A stretch of DNA of 64,000 nucleotides from a virus, in the IMG/VR virus record IMGVR_UViG_3300033146_003955, positions 64,001 through 128,000 of that record. One strand, given 5' to 3'. The notes under the pieces are model-generated. The model was not told where the DNA came from, did not search any database, and saw only the letters and a list, made by a program, of their open reading frames with translations. Below, piece after piece: positions 9,448-19,489 of this stretch. The stretch's first letter is position 1, and each line of letters begins with the position of its first letter. Both the position numbers and the translations under genes were made by a program.

Positions 9448-9750
9448 ATGAGTAATAGTTTACTTCTTAAAGAAATTCAAGAAGATGGAATTAACGTTAT
9501 AGCACTCTTTAAATATAAACGTGATGACAATGTTGGTGGTCATAAGAAAGGTGATGTTAAAGAAGCATATATTTGTACTATGATTGGTAATGAAATTACT
9601 CTTGGTGAGCAATTTATAGATCAGTATGATATTACTGCTGACTGGATGAATCCAATCGAATACACTCCGACTGGGTATGCACAAAATTCGTATATATATA
9701 AAATTACTGAGAAAAGTTCTGGTAATGTTGTTTTTGAACAAAAAAGGTGA
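9448..9750 (+). CDS. Hypothetical protein
   Basis: AAGGAG SD; GCATA at 9418. Confidence 0.7.
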   Translation: MSNSLLLKEIQEDGINVIALFKYKRDDNVGGHKKGDVKEAYICTMIGNEITLGEQFIDQYDITADWMNPIEYTPTGYAQNSYIYKITEKSSGNVVFEQKR

Positions 9751-10421
9751 CAAACTGTATAAGTTGTAATAAAAAATTATCAAGAAAAACAAAATCTGGT
9801 ATGTGTAAAATTTGTTGGGATAAGTACAGACTTGATAGTGCTAAATCTTATGCTTATTGCGAGATATGTAATAAAAGATTTTTTACGACTTATAACATTG
9901 GAAAACTTTGTAGAAAGTGCAAAGAAAAAGAATTAGGTCATACACCAAAACAATTTACTTGTATTGTTTATGGTAAAATAGTTTATCATAAGAATAAATA
10001 TAATATGTGTTATGATTGTTATAAAAAATCTGATATACCTAAAAAAATAGGACGAGAAAATTGGGCTAAAGCTGGTTCTTGGACGTTTAAAAGAAGTAAG
10101 AATGAAATTTATTTTGCTTCTTTGTGCGCAGATAAATATAACATTTCGACAAATGATGTTAGATTTAATGGATGGGATGCTGATATTATTTTAAATGATT
10201 TTAATATTGCCATAGAATGGAATGGCATATGGCATTACGAAAAATTATTTGATTCATACAATCTTAATGAAAAACAAAATAGAGATTTGATTAAAGCTAA
10301 AGAAATTAAAAATGCGGGATATACACTGTATATCATTAAAGATTTAGGACGAGAAAATAAAGAATTTGTTGAAAAAGAATTTAAAAAATTTGAAAAATAT
10401 ATGATTCATATGCATATATAA
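9747..10421 (+). mobile_element. Free-standing homing-endonuclease-like gene (CxxC Zn ribbons + Vsr/PD-(D/E)xK-like domain)
   Basis: Multiple CxxC; SKNE...WDADI...IAIEWNGIWH...RD..K. Confidence 0.7.
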
Positions 10422-10450
10422 ATGTATAAAGATTTGATAGGAGATGTTTG

Positions 10451-11542
10451 ATGTCAACAATTAAAGAGATGAAGAAAAAATTACGTTATGTTTTAAAAGA
10501 AGGAACAATTCAGCCAGTAACTCCCTTTATCTGGGGAAAACCTGGAATTGGGAAATCTCAGTCTGTAAAACAAATTGCTGATGAGATGGGAATTATGTTT
10601 ATTGACCTTAGACTTTCACAGTTGGAGAGCGCTGATCTTAGAGGTATTCCTGTACCTGATATGGAACAAGGTATATCTAAATGGATGCCACCAGAATTTC
10701 TTCCTTTTAAAGGCATTAAAAAATTTGAAGGTACTTCTGGTATAATTCTTCTTGATGAGTTTAATAGAGCACGACCCGATGTTCTTCAGGCAGCATTCCA
10801 GCTTGTGTTAGATAGACAGGTTGGTATTCATGAAATTATGGATTCATGGTTTATTGTAGCTGCTGGTAACCTTGGAGATGAGGATAGAACAGATGTTATC
10901 GAGATGGATTCTGCTCTTAAGAATAGATTTATTCACTTTAGTGTAGATGTTGAGTTGGATTCTTGGTTACGTTGGGCAAACAAAACCAAAATTAATTCTG
11001 ATATTATAACTTTTCTAACTTCAAAACCTGCTTATCTGTATCATACGGCTAAAGAAGAAGATAATATATTTGTTACTCCTCGTTCATGGGAGAAGTTTTC
11101 TGATATTCTTGCTCAGAATCCGGATGTTGATCCTATGGAAATTACTGCTATTCTTGGTCCTGATATTATCAATGGAGCTGCTGGTCACTTCATGAAATTT
11201 CTTGAATCTAAAGAGATTGTTTCTGGTAAAGATGTTATTACTAAATATCATCAGGATGCGGTTAAGAAGAAAATCAAAGCTATGCAGAGGGATCAGATTT
11301 ATGCTCTAGACGGCGATATTGTAGACTATATTCTTAAGAGCAAGAAAACTACAGATATTCATTTAGAGAACCTACACAATTTCGCTAAAGAGAATCTTGA
11401 GAAAGATATCTATATTGCATTCATGAGAAATCTTGCTCAAAAATGCGTTAATGAGGAACATAACTTCATTGATAAGTACCTCAAAAAGTACATCAAGGAA
11501 TCAAAAGAGATTATTCAAATCTTTAAAAATAAATTAAGCTAA
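10451..11542 (+). CDS. MoxR-type AAA+ ATPase (module 2)
   Basis: GKPGIGKS, DLRL, LLDEFNR, AAGN, LKNRF, TPRSW. Confidence 0.9.
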   Translation: MSTIKEMKKKLRYVLKEGTIQPVTPFIWGKPGIGKSQSVKQIADEMGIMFIDLRLSQLESADLRGIPVPDMEQGISKWMPPEFLPFKGIKKFEGTSGIILLDEFNRARPDVLQAAFQLVLDRQVGIHEIMDSWFIVAAGNLGDEDRTDVIEMDSALKNRFIHFSVDVELDSWLRWANKTKINSDIITFLTSKPAYLYHTAKEEDNIFVTPRSWEKFSDILAQNPDVDPMEITAILGPDIINGAAGHFMKFLESKEIVSGKDVITKYHQDAVKKKIKAMQRDQIYALDGDIVDYILKSKKTTDIHLENLHNFAKENLEKDIYIAFMRNLAQKCVNEEHNFIDKYLKKYIKESKEIIQIFKNKLS

Positions 11543-11552
11543 TCACTAGCTT

Positions 11553-11580
11553 GCTCCCTCTTTGAGGGAGTTTTTTTTTT
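11553..11580 (+). terminator. Intrinsic terminator
   Basis: gctccctc-ttt-gagggagt followed by a long T-run. Confidence 0.85.
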
Positions 11581-11624
11581 GAAAATTTCGGTTTCTCATG
11601 CATAGTTAATTGCATAATAAGGAG

Positions 11625-13211
11625 ATGATGATGGCTAAAGAAACAAAAGATGTAAGTACTTCAAAAGTTAGTTTAACTAATGAGCAAAAGGAACAGGCTA
11701 GGTCTGCTCTTGTGTCTGCTGGTGTAGTTGCTCCTCGACTAAAGAAAGTAAGGATTCCAAAAAGATTTGAAGATATATCCCTCCGATGGGTAAAACAAGC
11801 ACCATTTTTCTCAGAATTTATGCTTCGTTTTCACTTCTTCAAAACTAAAGATATCCCAACAGCTGGTGTTAATGTTATGAGAGGAAATCTCAATTTCTAC
11901 TTCAACCCTGAATTTATTGATGGTGGTGGAGAGAGACCTGACATCGGTGATGATGGACATCCTGTAATAATTAAAAATAAAGCTGGAGACCCAGAGCTTG
12001 ATGCTCAAGGTAATGTTCAGGTTAAAATGGTTCCTCGTGAAGCATTAACCAATTCAGAACTTGAAGGCCTTCTTATACATGAGATTTATCACATTATCCG
12101 CCTCCACCACGAAAGAAGTCTTGAGGATCACCAGCTCTTTAACGTAGCTGCTGATATGCTCATTAACGATGATATCTCTACTCTCAAAATAAATAATAGA
12201 GGTATGGATCTTCCTGCTGGTGGTGTCTTTTATAAAATGGCAATTGATGAAGGTTATACCGGTGAGAAAGTGACCGAAGAACTTTACATTTGGTTACAAG
12301 ATGTAAGACAGAAATATGAAGATATGATGCAGAAACTTATTCAGCAACAAATGGGTGGTTCTGGCGGTGAAGGATCAGGTAGTCAAGGTCAACAGGAATG
12401 TTCTGCGTGTGGTGGTGACGGTCAGGAAAAAGATGAGAATGGTAATCCTACTGGTGAAACTTGTGAGAAGTGTGGTGGTTCTGGTAAAGAGTCAGGTCAA
12501 AGTGGTCAAGGTAAGAAAAACTCCCTCTTCGACGTACTCTTCGGCTCAAATATTGATGTTCATGAAATCATGGGTCAGAGTGATGAACTTTCAGATGCAA
12601 CTATTCAGGAAGTATTAGACTCAGCAAAAATACGTGGCTGGGGCTCTATGGCAGGAGATGCTGTCTCAAAAATTCAGGAATTGATGACTCCAGCAAAAAT
12701 TCCTTGGAGACAGGTTTTAAGAAAATCACTTTCTCCTCTTATTTATGATTATGGACCACATTTTGAAAATACATGGTCTCGTAGAAACAGAAGAGGACTT
12801 CCTCTTCCAGGTCTTAGACGTCTTACTAATCGTCTTGTTATTGCAATTGATACTTCTGGTTCTATCGGTGGTAATGAACTTGAACAATTCTTCGCTCAAA
12901 TCGAGAAGATTGTCAAAGACTTTTCGCAGTTGATAGTTATTCAATGGGATACTAAAATCGCAGATGTCTCGCTCGCTTATAGAAAGGGTGATTGGAAGAA
13001 CATTGAAGTTAAAGGTCGTGGTGGAACACATGTACAATGTGTATTCGACTGGATGAGCGATAACGGATATAAAAAATATCCACTCATAAACTTCACAGAT
13101 GGCTACTTTGATTATGGCTTTGATAACCATGGCATTAAAACTATTTGGTGTGTAACTGAAGCAGATTCAACTGTACCCCGTGGCAAAAATATATTTATTG
13201 ATGTAAATTAA
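11625..13211 (+). CDS. DUF2201-type HExxH metallopeptidase + VWA fusion with DnaJ-type Zn finger in the linker
   Basis: HEIYH, NVAAD, CSACGGDG/CEKCGGSG, PWRQVL, IDTSGS, QWDT, GRGGT, FTDG; AAGGAG SD before ATG 11625-11631. Confidence 0.9.
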   Translation: MMMAKETKDVSTSKVSLTNEQKEQARSALVSAGVVAPRLKKVRIPKRFEDISLRWVKQAPFFSEFMLRFHFFKTKDIPTAGVNVMRGNLNFYFNPEFIDGGGERPDIGDDGHPVIIKNKAGDPELDAQGNVQVKMVPREALTNSELEGLLIHEIYHIIRLHHERSLEDHQLFNVAADMLINDDISTLKINNRGMDLPAGGVFYKMAIDEGYTGEKVTEELYIWLQDVRQKYEDMMQKLIQQQMGGSGGEGSGSQGQQECSACGGDGQEKDENGNPTGETCEKCGGSGKESGQSGQGKKNSLFDVLFGSNIDVHEIMGQSDELSDATIQEVLDSAKIRGWGSMAGDAVSKIQELMTPAKIPWRQVLRKSLSPLIYDYGPHFENTWSRRNRRGLPLPGLRRLTNRLVIAIDTSGSIGGNELEQFFAQIEKIVKDFSQLIVIQWDTKIADVSLAYRKGDWKNIEVKGRGGTHVQCVFDWMSDNGYKKYPLINFTDGYFDYGFDNHGIKTIWCVTEADSTVPRGKNIFIDVN

Positions 13212-13220
13212 ACTATATTT

Positions 13221-13255
13221 TCTTCCGTCTATAAAGATAATAAGTAGACGGAGGA
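13221..13255 (+). promoter_or_regulatory. AAGATAA motif in the loop of an RBS-occluding hairpin
   Basis: 11-bp stem tcttccgtcta/tagacggagga covers GGAGG; AAGATAA at 13234-13240. Confidence 0.75.
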
Positions 13256-13262
13256 TATTTTT

Positions 13263-13805
13263 ATGGAAATAACAAATTATTTTGATAAGTTTAATAATTC
13301 AGATAAAGAATTAATAATAGAAGAAAGGTATTTTAATGAAGATACCAGATTTGTAATGTTGGGTTTAAAAGGTTTAATAGATACATATAATACAATTCCA
13401 TTCTACGATAATATTAAGAAATTTTTAGCTTTAGAAGAGCGTTTAGTTTTAGTTTTAGATATGAATTCAATAAGTTATATGTCTTCTACTGGAATTGGGA
13501 TATTTCTTCAAATAGATAAAGATTGCAAAGCTGGGAATATAAAGTTATATTTAATGGGCATACGAAAGAATGTCGACGAAGTATTTTCCCTTCTGGGTTT
13601 TAAAATGTTTTTTAATTATATAACAGAGTTGAATGACATTAAAGAGGAAAAAATTATTAGATCAATCTTCCCTCAGAAAATAAAATGCCCAAACTGCGGC
13701 ATAACTTTAAAAATATCAAAAATTGGTGCTTTTAAATGTACTGGCTGTTTAAAAACATTTAGAATAGTAGAAAAAAATAATAATGAAATAGGAGTTAATA
13801 AATGA
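13263..13805 (+). CDS. STAS anti-anti-sigma factor with C-terminal Zn ribbon (spirochaete type)
   Basis: GLIDTYN, YMSSTGIG, EVFSLLGF, FPQKIKCPNC..LK..K.GAFKCTGC. Confidence 0.85.
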   Translation: MEITNYFDKFNNSDKELIIEERYFNEDTRFVMLGLKGLIDTYNTIPFYDNIKKFLALEERLVLVLDMNSISYMSSTGIGIFLQIDKDCKAGNIKLYLMGIRKNVDEVFSLLGFKMFFNYITELNDIKEEKIIRSIFPQKIKCPNCGITLKISKIGAFKCTGCLKTFRIVEKNNNEIGVNK

Positions 13806-14011
13806 AGGTTGGTGTAGCATTTGACAATCTTGCGTCTTTCTTTAACGATGACGATGAAAAAGAAAGCGCTTCAATCCCTGCAGAAGTTTTTAGAGATGAA
13901 GAAGGAAAAGTTATAGAAGTACGCATATATAATCCAGAGTACGAAGAAATAATTGTTGTTGGGAGAAATAAAAATGTTGAAGCACTCTCGGTCGAAGAAT
14001 ATTCTAAGTAA
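13802..14011 (+). CDS. Hypothetical protein
   Basis: AGGAG SD, ATGA overlap. Confidence 0.6.
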   Translation: MKVGVAFDNLASFFNDDDEKESASIPAEVFRDEEGKVIEVRIYNPEYEEIIVVGRNKNVEALSVEEYSK

Positions 14012-14648
14012 ATTATTTTTAATATTCATACTTTTTCTGTGTTTTATTACGCTAAGTGTTTTATTAATATCAGTAAATTCATCTTTAGTTATTACTAAAG
14101 AATCAAATATGATTGAATTATATACACCAATAGTAGATGATTCAACTTTTTTGATGAGATGGGATATAAACTCCCATGCTATGGAGAATCCAGAAAATGT
14201 AATCCTCTTCTACTCTGAGTATACTAATAATGAAATAATCACATCAGCTATTATAAATAATGCAATAGAACACAATGTTCCCCTAAATATAGCTTTCTCT
14301 GTAGCTTGGGCTGAAAGTAAATTTAACCCTGATGCATATAATAATAATGGTTCAACAACAGATAGAGGTCTTTTCCAATTAAATGATCTTTATAGAAATT
14401 GGACTAAAAATGAATATTATAATATAGAACTAAATGCTCACGAAGGAACTAGATATTTGAGCGAAATGATTACTCTTAATAAGGGTGATATTATTTATGC
14501 CCTCTACTGTTACAACGCAGGTCCTACTCGCGTTAGAGGGGAGGGCATTATCCCTAATATGACTAAAAAGTATGTAGATAAGGTTTTAGAGTATGAAGAC
14601 ATGTTAAACCAAGATTTTAACAAATGGGTTAATGAGGAGCATAGTTAA
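13974..14648 (+). CDS. Membrane-anchored lytic transglycosylase (SLT domain)
   Basis: N-terminal TM; AWAES.FNP, GLFQL, ALYCYNAG, TKKYV. Confidence 0.9.
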   Translation: MLKHSRSKNILSKLFLIFILFLCFITLSVLLISVNSSLVITKESNMIELYTPIVDDSTFLMRWDINSHAMENPENVILFYSEYTNNEIITSAIINNAIEHNVPLNIAFSVAWAESKFNPDAYNNNGSTTDRGLFQLNDLYRNWTKNEYYNIELNAHEGTRYLSEMITLNKGDIIYALYCYNAGPTRVRGEGIIPNMTKKYVDKVLEYEDMLNQDFNKWVNEEHS

Positions 14649-14904
14649 ATATATGATGTGGTTAATATTAATTACTATTATTTTAATAGTTTTCAATATA
14701 ATAAATTTGATTTATGTTCTTAAGAAAAATAATAAAAAAAAAGAAGCACTTAACAGATATAAAGTAAAATATAAATTAGTTGGCGACAATGCTGTTGCTG
14801 CAATGAAAATACACAAACAATTTATAAAAGAATACAATGAATTGGGCGGAAATTATCAAATTGACGTCATAGATAAAACAAATAATATATTAGGAAGGAG
14901 CTAA
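14632..14904 (+). CDS. Small single-TM protein
   Basis: Hydrophobic N-terminus then basic stretch. Confidence 0.55.
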   Translation: MRSIVKYMMWLILITIILIVFNIINLIYVLKKNNKKKEALNRYKVKYKLVGDNAVAAMKIHKQFIKEYNELGGNYQIDVIDKTNNILGRS

Positions 14905-14905
14905 G

Positions 14906-15118
14906 ATGGAAGACGGTTACAGAAAAGTTGAACGAGAAAATGGATTTTCAGAAATAACAATCGGTGACAGAATTAGACTTTCAGATGTAGAAAAAGATGG
15001 TATTACCTTACTTGAAGATGTTCCTCAAAAGGGTGATAAAATTTATTTAGTAAATACTCTCCCAGTTAAAAATAAGGATGGAGTTTTAGCCGTAGAATGT
15101 GATACTGTTGAAGAATGA
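14906..15118 (+). CDS. Hypothetical protein
   Basis: AAGGAG SD. Confidence 0.65.
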   Translation: MEDGYRKVERENGFSEITIGDRIRLSDVEKDGITLLEDVPQKGDKIYLVNTLPVKNKDGVLAVECDTVEE

Positions 15119-15357
15119 ACGTTGGAGAAGTTTGGCTTAAAAGAAGACAAAGGCCTGAAAGAGAACGATTTTTTGTTATGAAGAAAAATAACAATTCTGG
15201 TTTTCGAGGACTTATGATGGCTCGTCAATCTTTATATGAAAATGTTTTTTTGAGTAATGATAGTATAAAAGGTTTTGAAGAAAAAAATAAACTTCTAACT
15301 GATGATGAAGTTGCTAAATATATATTATTGGGTGATTTGAATCCAGCAATACTATAG
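15115..15357 (+). CDS. Hypothetical protein with C-terminal EVAKYILLG tag
   Basis: ATGA overlap. Confidence 0.6.
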   Translation: MNVGEVWLKRRQRPERERFFVMKKNNNSGFRGLMMARQSLYENVFLSNDSIKGFEEKNKLLTDDEVAKYILLGDLNPAIL

Positions 15358-15365
15358 GGGATAAT

Positions 15366-15995
15366 ATGAATTTGGAGAAGTGGAAAAATCGTTTGATAGT
15401 GTTCGAAGGTGGAGATCAAAGTGGAAAATCTTCGGTAGCTAAAGCACTCACAAAGTATCTTAATAATAAAGGTGTAGAAACAGTTTTTACCTTCCAGCCT
15501 GGTGATATTAATTGGGGTACTAATGCTGCAATTACTCGCTCTTGGTGTAAAGATAAAAGACATAATTTTCATCCTCTTGCAAACTTTTTCGCATTTCAGC
15601 TCGATCGAGTAGAACAAACTTCGAAAATTATTGTCCCTGCTCTCGCAGCTGGGAAAACAGTTATATCTGATAGATGGAATTACTCTACTATAGCATATCA
15701 AATGTATGGTAAACAATTAATAGAAAAATATAATATGCCAGAAGATGTATTAAATTGGCTTCTTACTACAGCAATAACATCTAAAGAACCCGACCATGTA
15801 TTTTATTTCCCGGAGAAATTGAATGTTGGTAGAGAGAATAACAAAGACGACTTATTTGATAACGCCGGTTCTTCATTCATAAATAGAGTTCACAATGCAT
15901 ATGAAAGTTTGTATGGGAAAGCAGATAATTGGTTTCGTATAACTCCCGGCTCCTCAGTCGAAGAGACATTAGCAAAAGTATTGGAGTGTCTATAA
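15366..15995 (+). CDS. tmk: Thymidylate kinase
   Basis: VFEGGDQSGKSS P-loop, DR..Q, VISDRW.YST.AYQ. Confidence 0.9.
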   Translation: MNLEKWKNRLIVFEGGDQSGKSSVAKALTKYLNNKGVETVFTFQPGDINWGTNAAITRSWCKDKRHNFHPLANFFAFQLDRVEQTSKIIVPALAAGKTVISDRWNYSTIAYQMYGKQLIEKYNMPEDVLNWLLTTAITSKEPDHVFYFPEKLNVGRENNKDDLFDNAGSSFINRVHNAYESLYGKADNWFRITPGSSVEETLAKVLECL

Positions 15996-15996
15996 T

Positions 15997-16260
15997 ATGG
16001 AACCGGATGATTTAATGAAAGTAGGTTTTAAGTGGGATGATAATGATAAAAATCTTGGTGTCTATACAGTAATATCTGATTGGGCAAAACAAATAAAAGG
16101 TGGTGTAAGTAATGTTGCTACTCTTGTACAAAAAGATGGAAAATTGTATTTGAGGACAAAAGATAAAGATGCTGAATTAAATACTAATAATCCTACTAAA
16201 ATTGGCGAGTTAATAGTAGCTGAATATGCTAAGCAGGTATTAGATAACAATGCAACATAA
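15997..16260 (+). CDS. Hypothetical protein
   Basis: Coupled ORF ending EYAKQVL. Confidence 0.6.
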   Translation: MEPDDLMKVGFKWDDNDKNLGVYTVISDWAKQIKGGVSNVATLVQKDGKLYLRTKDKDAELNTNNPTKIGELIVAEYAKQVLDNNAT

Positions 16261-16564
16261 CTTTTGTGACCAAGAAGATTGCCTTCTCCATCCCACCTAT
16301 ATTAAAAAAGAAGAGGAAAGAGCAAAACGGGAAGCTCAAGCAAAAGGACATCTTGTTGCTATAGAAGATGGTTCTCAATGGGCGCCGGCTTCTTATGACC
16401 ATAGTATTTTTTGGGATAGTTCATGTATTAGCGTGCAAGCAGTGAGAATTAAAACCTCAACAGTAGATATCCCTGTCGAATGTACAATATGCTCACATTT
16501 TAAAAAGTTGGACATGAAAGAAATATTAATAATAGAAGAAGCAAAAAAGGCATTGAATGACTGA
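16250..16564 (+). CDS. Cys/His-containing hypothetical protein
   Basis: CxxxxC..H, CTIC; ends EEAKKAL. Confidence 0.6.
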   Translation: MQHNFCDQEDCLLHPTYIKKEEERAKREAQAKGHLVAIEDGSQWAPASYDHSIFWDSSCISVQAVRIKTSTVDIPVECTICSHFKKLDMKEILIIEEAKKALND

Positions 16565-16898
16565 AATAGATGAAGCTAAATTTCTTCTCACCCACACTAA
16601 ATGTATAAAATACTACGATAACGGTAATATACAATCTACACATTATATGTTTGATAATTTAATAGATGGTGAAGAGAAGATATGGCGAGAAGACGGTAAA
16701 CTCTTAATCCAATCTAATTGGGTTAAAGGAAAGAAAGAAGGTAAATTTGAACAGTGGCATGCTAACGGCATGTTGAGCGAAATATGTTATTTTAAAAATA
16801 ATAAGAAGAATGGTGAAAGCAAAAAATGGTATTATAACGGATTGTTAAAAAAACATACACTATATAGACATGGAGAAGTGCTTGAAACCTACAAATGA
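16557..16898 (+). CDS. MORN-variant repeat protein with EAKFLL tag
   Basis: YYDNG, WHANG, WYYNG repeats. Confidence 0.8.
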   Translation: MTEIDEAKFLLTHTKCIKYYDNGNIQSTHYMFDNLIDGEEKIWREDGKLLIQSNWVKGKKEGKFEQWHANGMLSEICYFKNNKKNGESKKWYYNGLLKKHTLYRHGEVLETYK

Positions 16899-17313
16899 AG
16901 AAGCTAAATTTTTATTATTACATGATTTACAAAAGCAATATTACACTAACGGTAGAATAAAAGCAAAGTATTATATGTTAGATGATAAAATGGACGGAGA
17001 ATACAAAAGTTGGCATCAAAATGGTAATATGAGTATTTGCTGTTTTTATAAAAAAGGTGTTTTACATGGTGATTATACAGATTGGTATCAAAACGGTCAA
17101 TTATGGGAGAAACGCTTCTATATAGATAACAAATTAAATGGTCAAATAAAAGTCTTCTACGAAGACGGCCAGCAGCAATATACAGTTTATTATAAAGACG
17201 ATTTGCGTGAGGGTGAATATAAAGAATGGGATGAAGAAGGGTTACTCATTACACATTATATATATGAAAACAATGAAGTTGTAAAAGATTATCCTCTTAA
17301 AAAGCATATTTAG
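16870..17313 (+). CDS. MORN-variant repeat protein with EAKFLL tag
   Basis: WHQNG, WYQNGQ, GEYKEW repeats. Confidence 0.8.
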   Translation: MEKCLKPTNEEAKFLLLHDLQKQYYTNGRIKAKYYMLDDKMDGEYKSWHQNGNMSICCFYKKGVLHGDYTDWYQNGQLWEKRFYIDNKLNGQIKVFYEDGQQQYTVYYKDDLREGEYKEWDEEGLLITHYIYENNEVVKDYPLKKHI

Positions 17314-17339
17314 TATTAATTAAAAATGTTGGGGAAAAT

Positions 17340-17843
17340 ATGATAAAAGATCAGTATGAGAAAAATTATAAGAAGTATATAAATAATACACAATTTGATG
17401 ATTTTATGAGTTCAACAACAACGGAGTTAACAGCAACAACGGAGTTAACAGCAACAACGGAGTTAACAGCAACAACGGAGTTAACAGCAACAACAAGTGG
17501 TGGAATATGGAGTATTAATCCTTTGACTACAGGCGATGGTTGGTACTCAGATGGGACAGCTACAAGTCTACCTATAATAGGTGATAATACTTATAGCGGC
17601 GGTATGATAAATATACCGCTCTTAGCCGGAAATACTACTTATGAATATCCTGCACATCGTACTCCAGGGACTGAAGAATGGCCAATAGTACCTGATGCCC
17701 TAGGTGTTGTATATATCGAGGGTAATGAAATTAAAATAAGAATGGCAGATGGGAAAACAATTGTTATAGGCCGTTTAGATGATGGAGAAGATTTCGTACC
17801 TATTGAAGTTGTTGCAGCTAAGAAAAAATTAATAGATGAGTAA
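17340..17843 (+). CDS. Hypothetical protein with TTELTA repeat
   Basis: GCATA at 17304; ends AAKKKLI. Confidence 0.7.
   Translation: MIKDQYEKNYKKYINNTQFDDFMSSTTTELTATTELTATTELTATTELTATTSGGIWSINPLTTGDGWYSDGTATSLPIIGDNTYSGGMINIPLLAGNTTYEYPAHRTPGTEEWPIVPDALGVVYIEGNEIKIRMADGKTIVIGRLDDGEDFVPIEVVAAKKKLIDE
17416..17494 (+). repeat. Perfect 18-nt tandem repeat x4
   Basis: caacaacggagttaacag. Confidence 0.95.
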
Positions 17844-19116
17844 AAAATTAACTACTGAAGAATTCATACAAAAAGCTAAACAAGTACATGGTGATAAGTA
17901 TGATTATTCTTTAGTTGATTATAAAGGCGCCAAGATTAAAGTTAAAATAATATGTCCTAAACATGGTATATTTGAACAAATACCCGATAACCATGTAGTA
18001 GGTAGAGGATGTAATAAATGCGGTAATATTAATAGTTCTAATAAGCAGTCTTTAACTATTAAAAAATTTATACAAAAAGCTAAGCAAGTGCATGGCAATA
18101 AATATGATTATTCTTTAGTTGATTATAAAAATATGAATATTAAAGTTAAAATAATATGTCCAGAACATGGAATTTTTAAACAATTACCTAGTGCACACAT
18201 AGCCAGTCAAGGATGCTTTAGATGTAATGGCGGGGTTAAATATACGACTAAAGAATTTACACAAAAAGCTAAACAAGTACATGGTGATAAATATGATTAT
18301 TCTTTAGTTGATTATAAAAATATGAATATTAAAGTTAAAATAATATGTCCAGAACATGGAATTTTTAAACAATTACCTAGTGCACATATAGCTGGACGAC
18401 AATGCTCTAAGTGTTCAAATAGACTTAGGTATACAACAGAAGAATTTACACAAAAAGCTAAACAAGTACATGGTGATAAATATGATTATTCTTTAGTTGA
18501 TTATAAAAATAATAAAATTAAAGTTAAAATAATATGTCCTGAACATGGAATTTTTAAACAAAAGCCTATAGATCACATACTTGGCGGAAATTGTTCAAAA
18601 TGTTCGCAAGTATATCAATATACGACTGAAGAATTTATAGATAAAGCTAAAGAAGTACATGATGATAAATATAATTACTCTTTAACAAATTATATAAATA
18701 ATAAAACAAAAGTTGATATAATATGTCCAGAGCATGGTGTGTTTAAACAAAAACCAGCAAATCATTTATATGGGCAAGGCTGCCCTATATGTAATGAAAG
18801 CAAAGGCGAAAAAGCTGTAGCTAAGTATTTAGATGATAATAATATAAAATATATAAGAGAATATAGATTTAATGATTGTAAAGACAAACGTGTTCTTCCA
18901 TTTGACTTTTATATTAAAAATAAAAATGTGTTAATAGAATTTGATGGAGGTCAACATAAAAAAGCTATAGAATATTTTGGGGGTAAAGAAGGACTCGAGA
19001 ATATAAAACGACGAGATATAATCAAAACACAATATGCTAAAAGGCATAATATAAAATTAATAAGAATAAATAATATAAATGAAATTTTAGATAAATTGAA
19101 GCATATTTTAATATAA
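17836..19116 (+). mobile_element. Homing endonuclease-like gene (5 DUF723/CapR-like Zn repeats + Vsr-like nuclease)
   Basis: TEEFIQKAKQVHGDKYDYS..IICPEHG.F.Q repeats; SKGE, LPFDFY, IEFDGGQH. Confidence 0.85.
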
Positions 19117-19133
19117 ATATATAGGAGAAAAAC

Positions 19134-19397
19134 ATGGCAGAAGAAGCAGTTTATATTAATCAGATGAGTGACGCAGACATAAAAATTATCCAAACAACTT
19201 ACAATGCGATAAGAACACTCGATGAAGAGAAAAAAAGTATTGGAGAGGACATTAAAGAAGAGAAGGCCAAATGTATTAAAGATACAGGCATCAAGCCTAA
19301 AGATCTCAATAACATCTTCAAACTTTTAAAACTTCAGGAAGATGGATTTGATCCTAAGAAGTATGATAATGTTATTGACAAGATTCATGATATGTAA
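19134..19397 (+). CDS. GapR/T4 DsbA-like small dsDNA-binding protein
   Basis: IRTLDEEKKSIGEDIKE...GIKPKDLNNIFKL pattern; AGGAG SD; GCATA at 19101. Confidence 0.65.
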   Translation: MAEEAVYINQMSDADIKIIQTTYNAIRTLDEEKKSIGEDIKEEKAKCIKDTGIKPKDLNNIFKLLKLQEDGFDPKKYDNVIDKIHDM

Positions 19398-19417
19398 AAG
19401 TAATACTTAAAAATTTA

Positions 19418-19443
19418 AGCGCCTAAAAATGGGCGCTTTTTTT
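19418..19443 (+). terminator. Intrinsic terminator
   Basis: aagcgcct-aaaat-gggcgctt followed by T-run. Confidence 0.85.
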
Positions 19444-19489
19444 GTATATTGTAAAGATAATTTTAAATATAAAAAGTTGGAGGATTATC

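Noticed and set aside
9020-17313. MORN proteins as YwqK antitoxins or DGR targets
   Set aside because: No cognate toxin, reverse transcriptase or adenine-specific template/variable repeat pair seen
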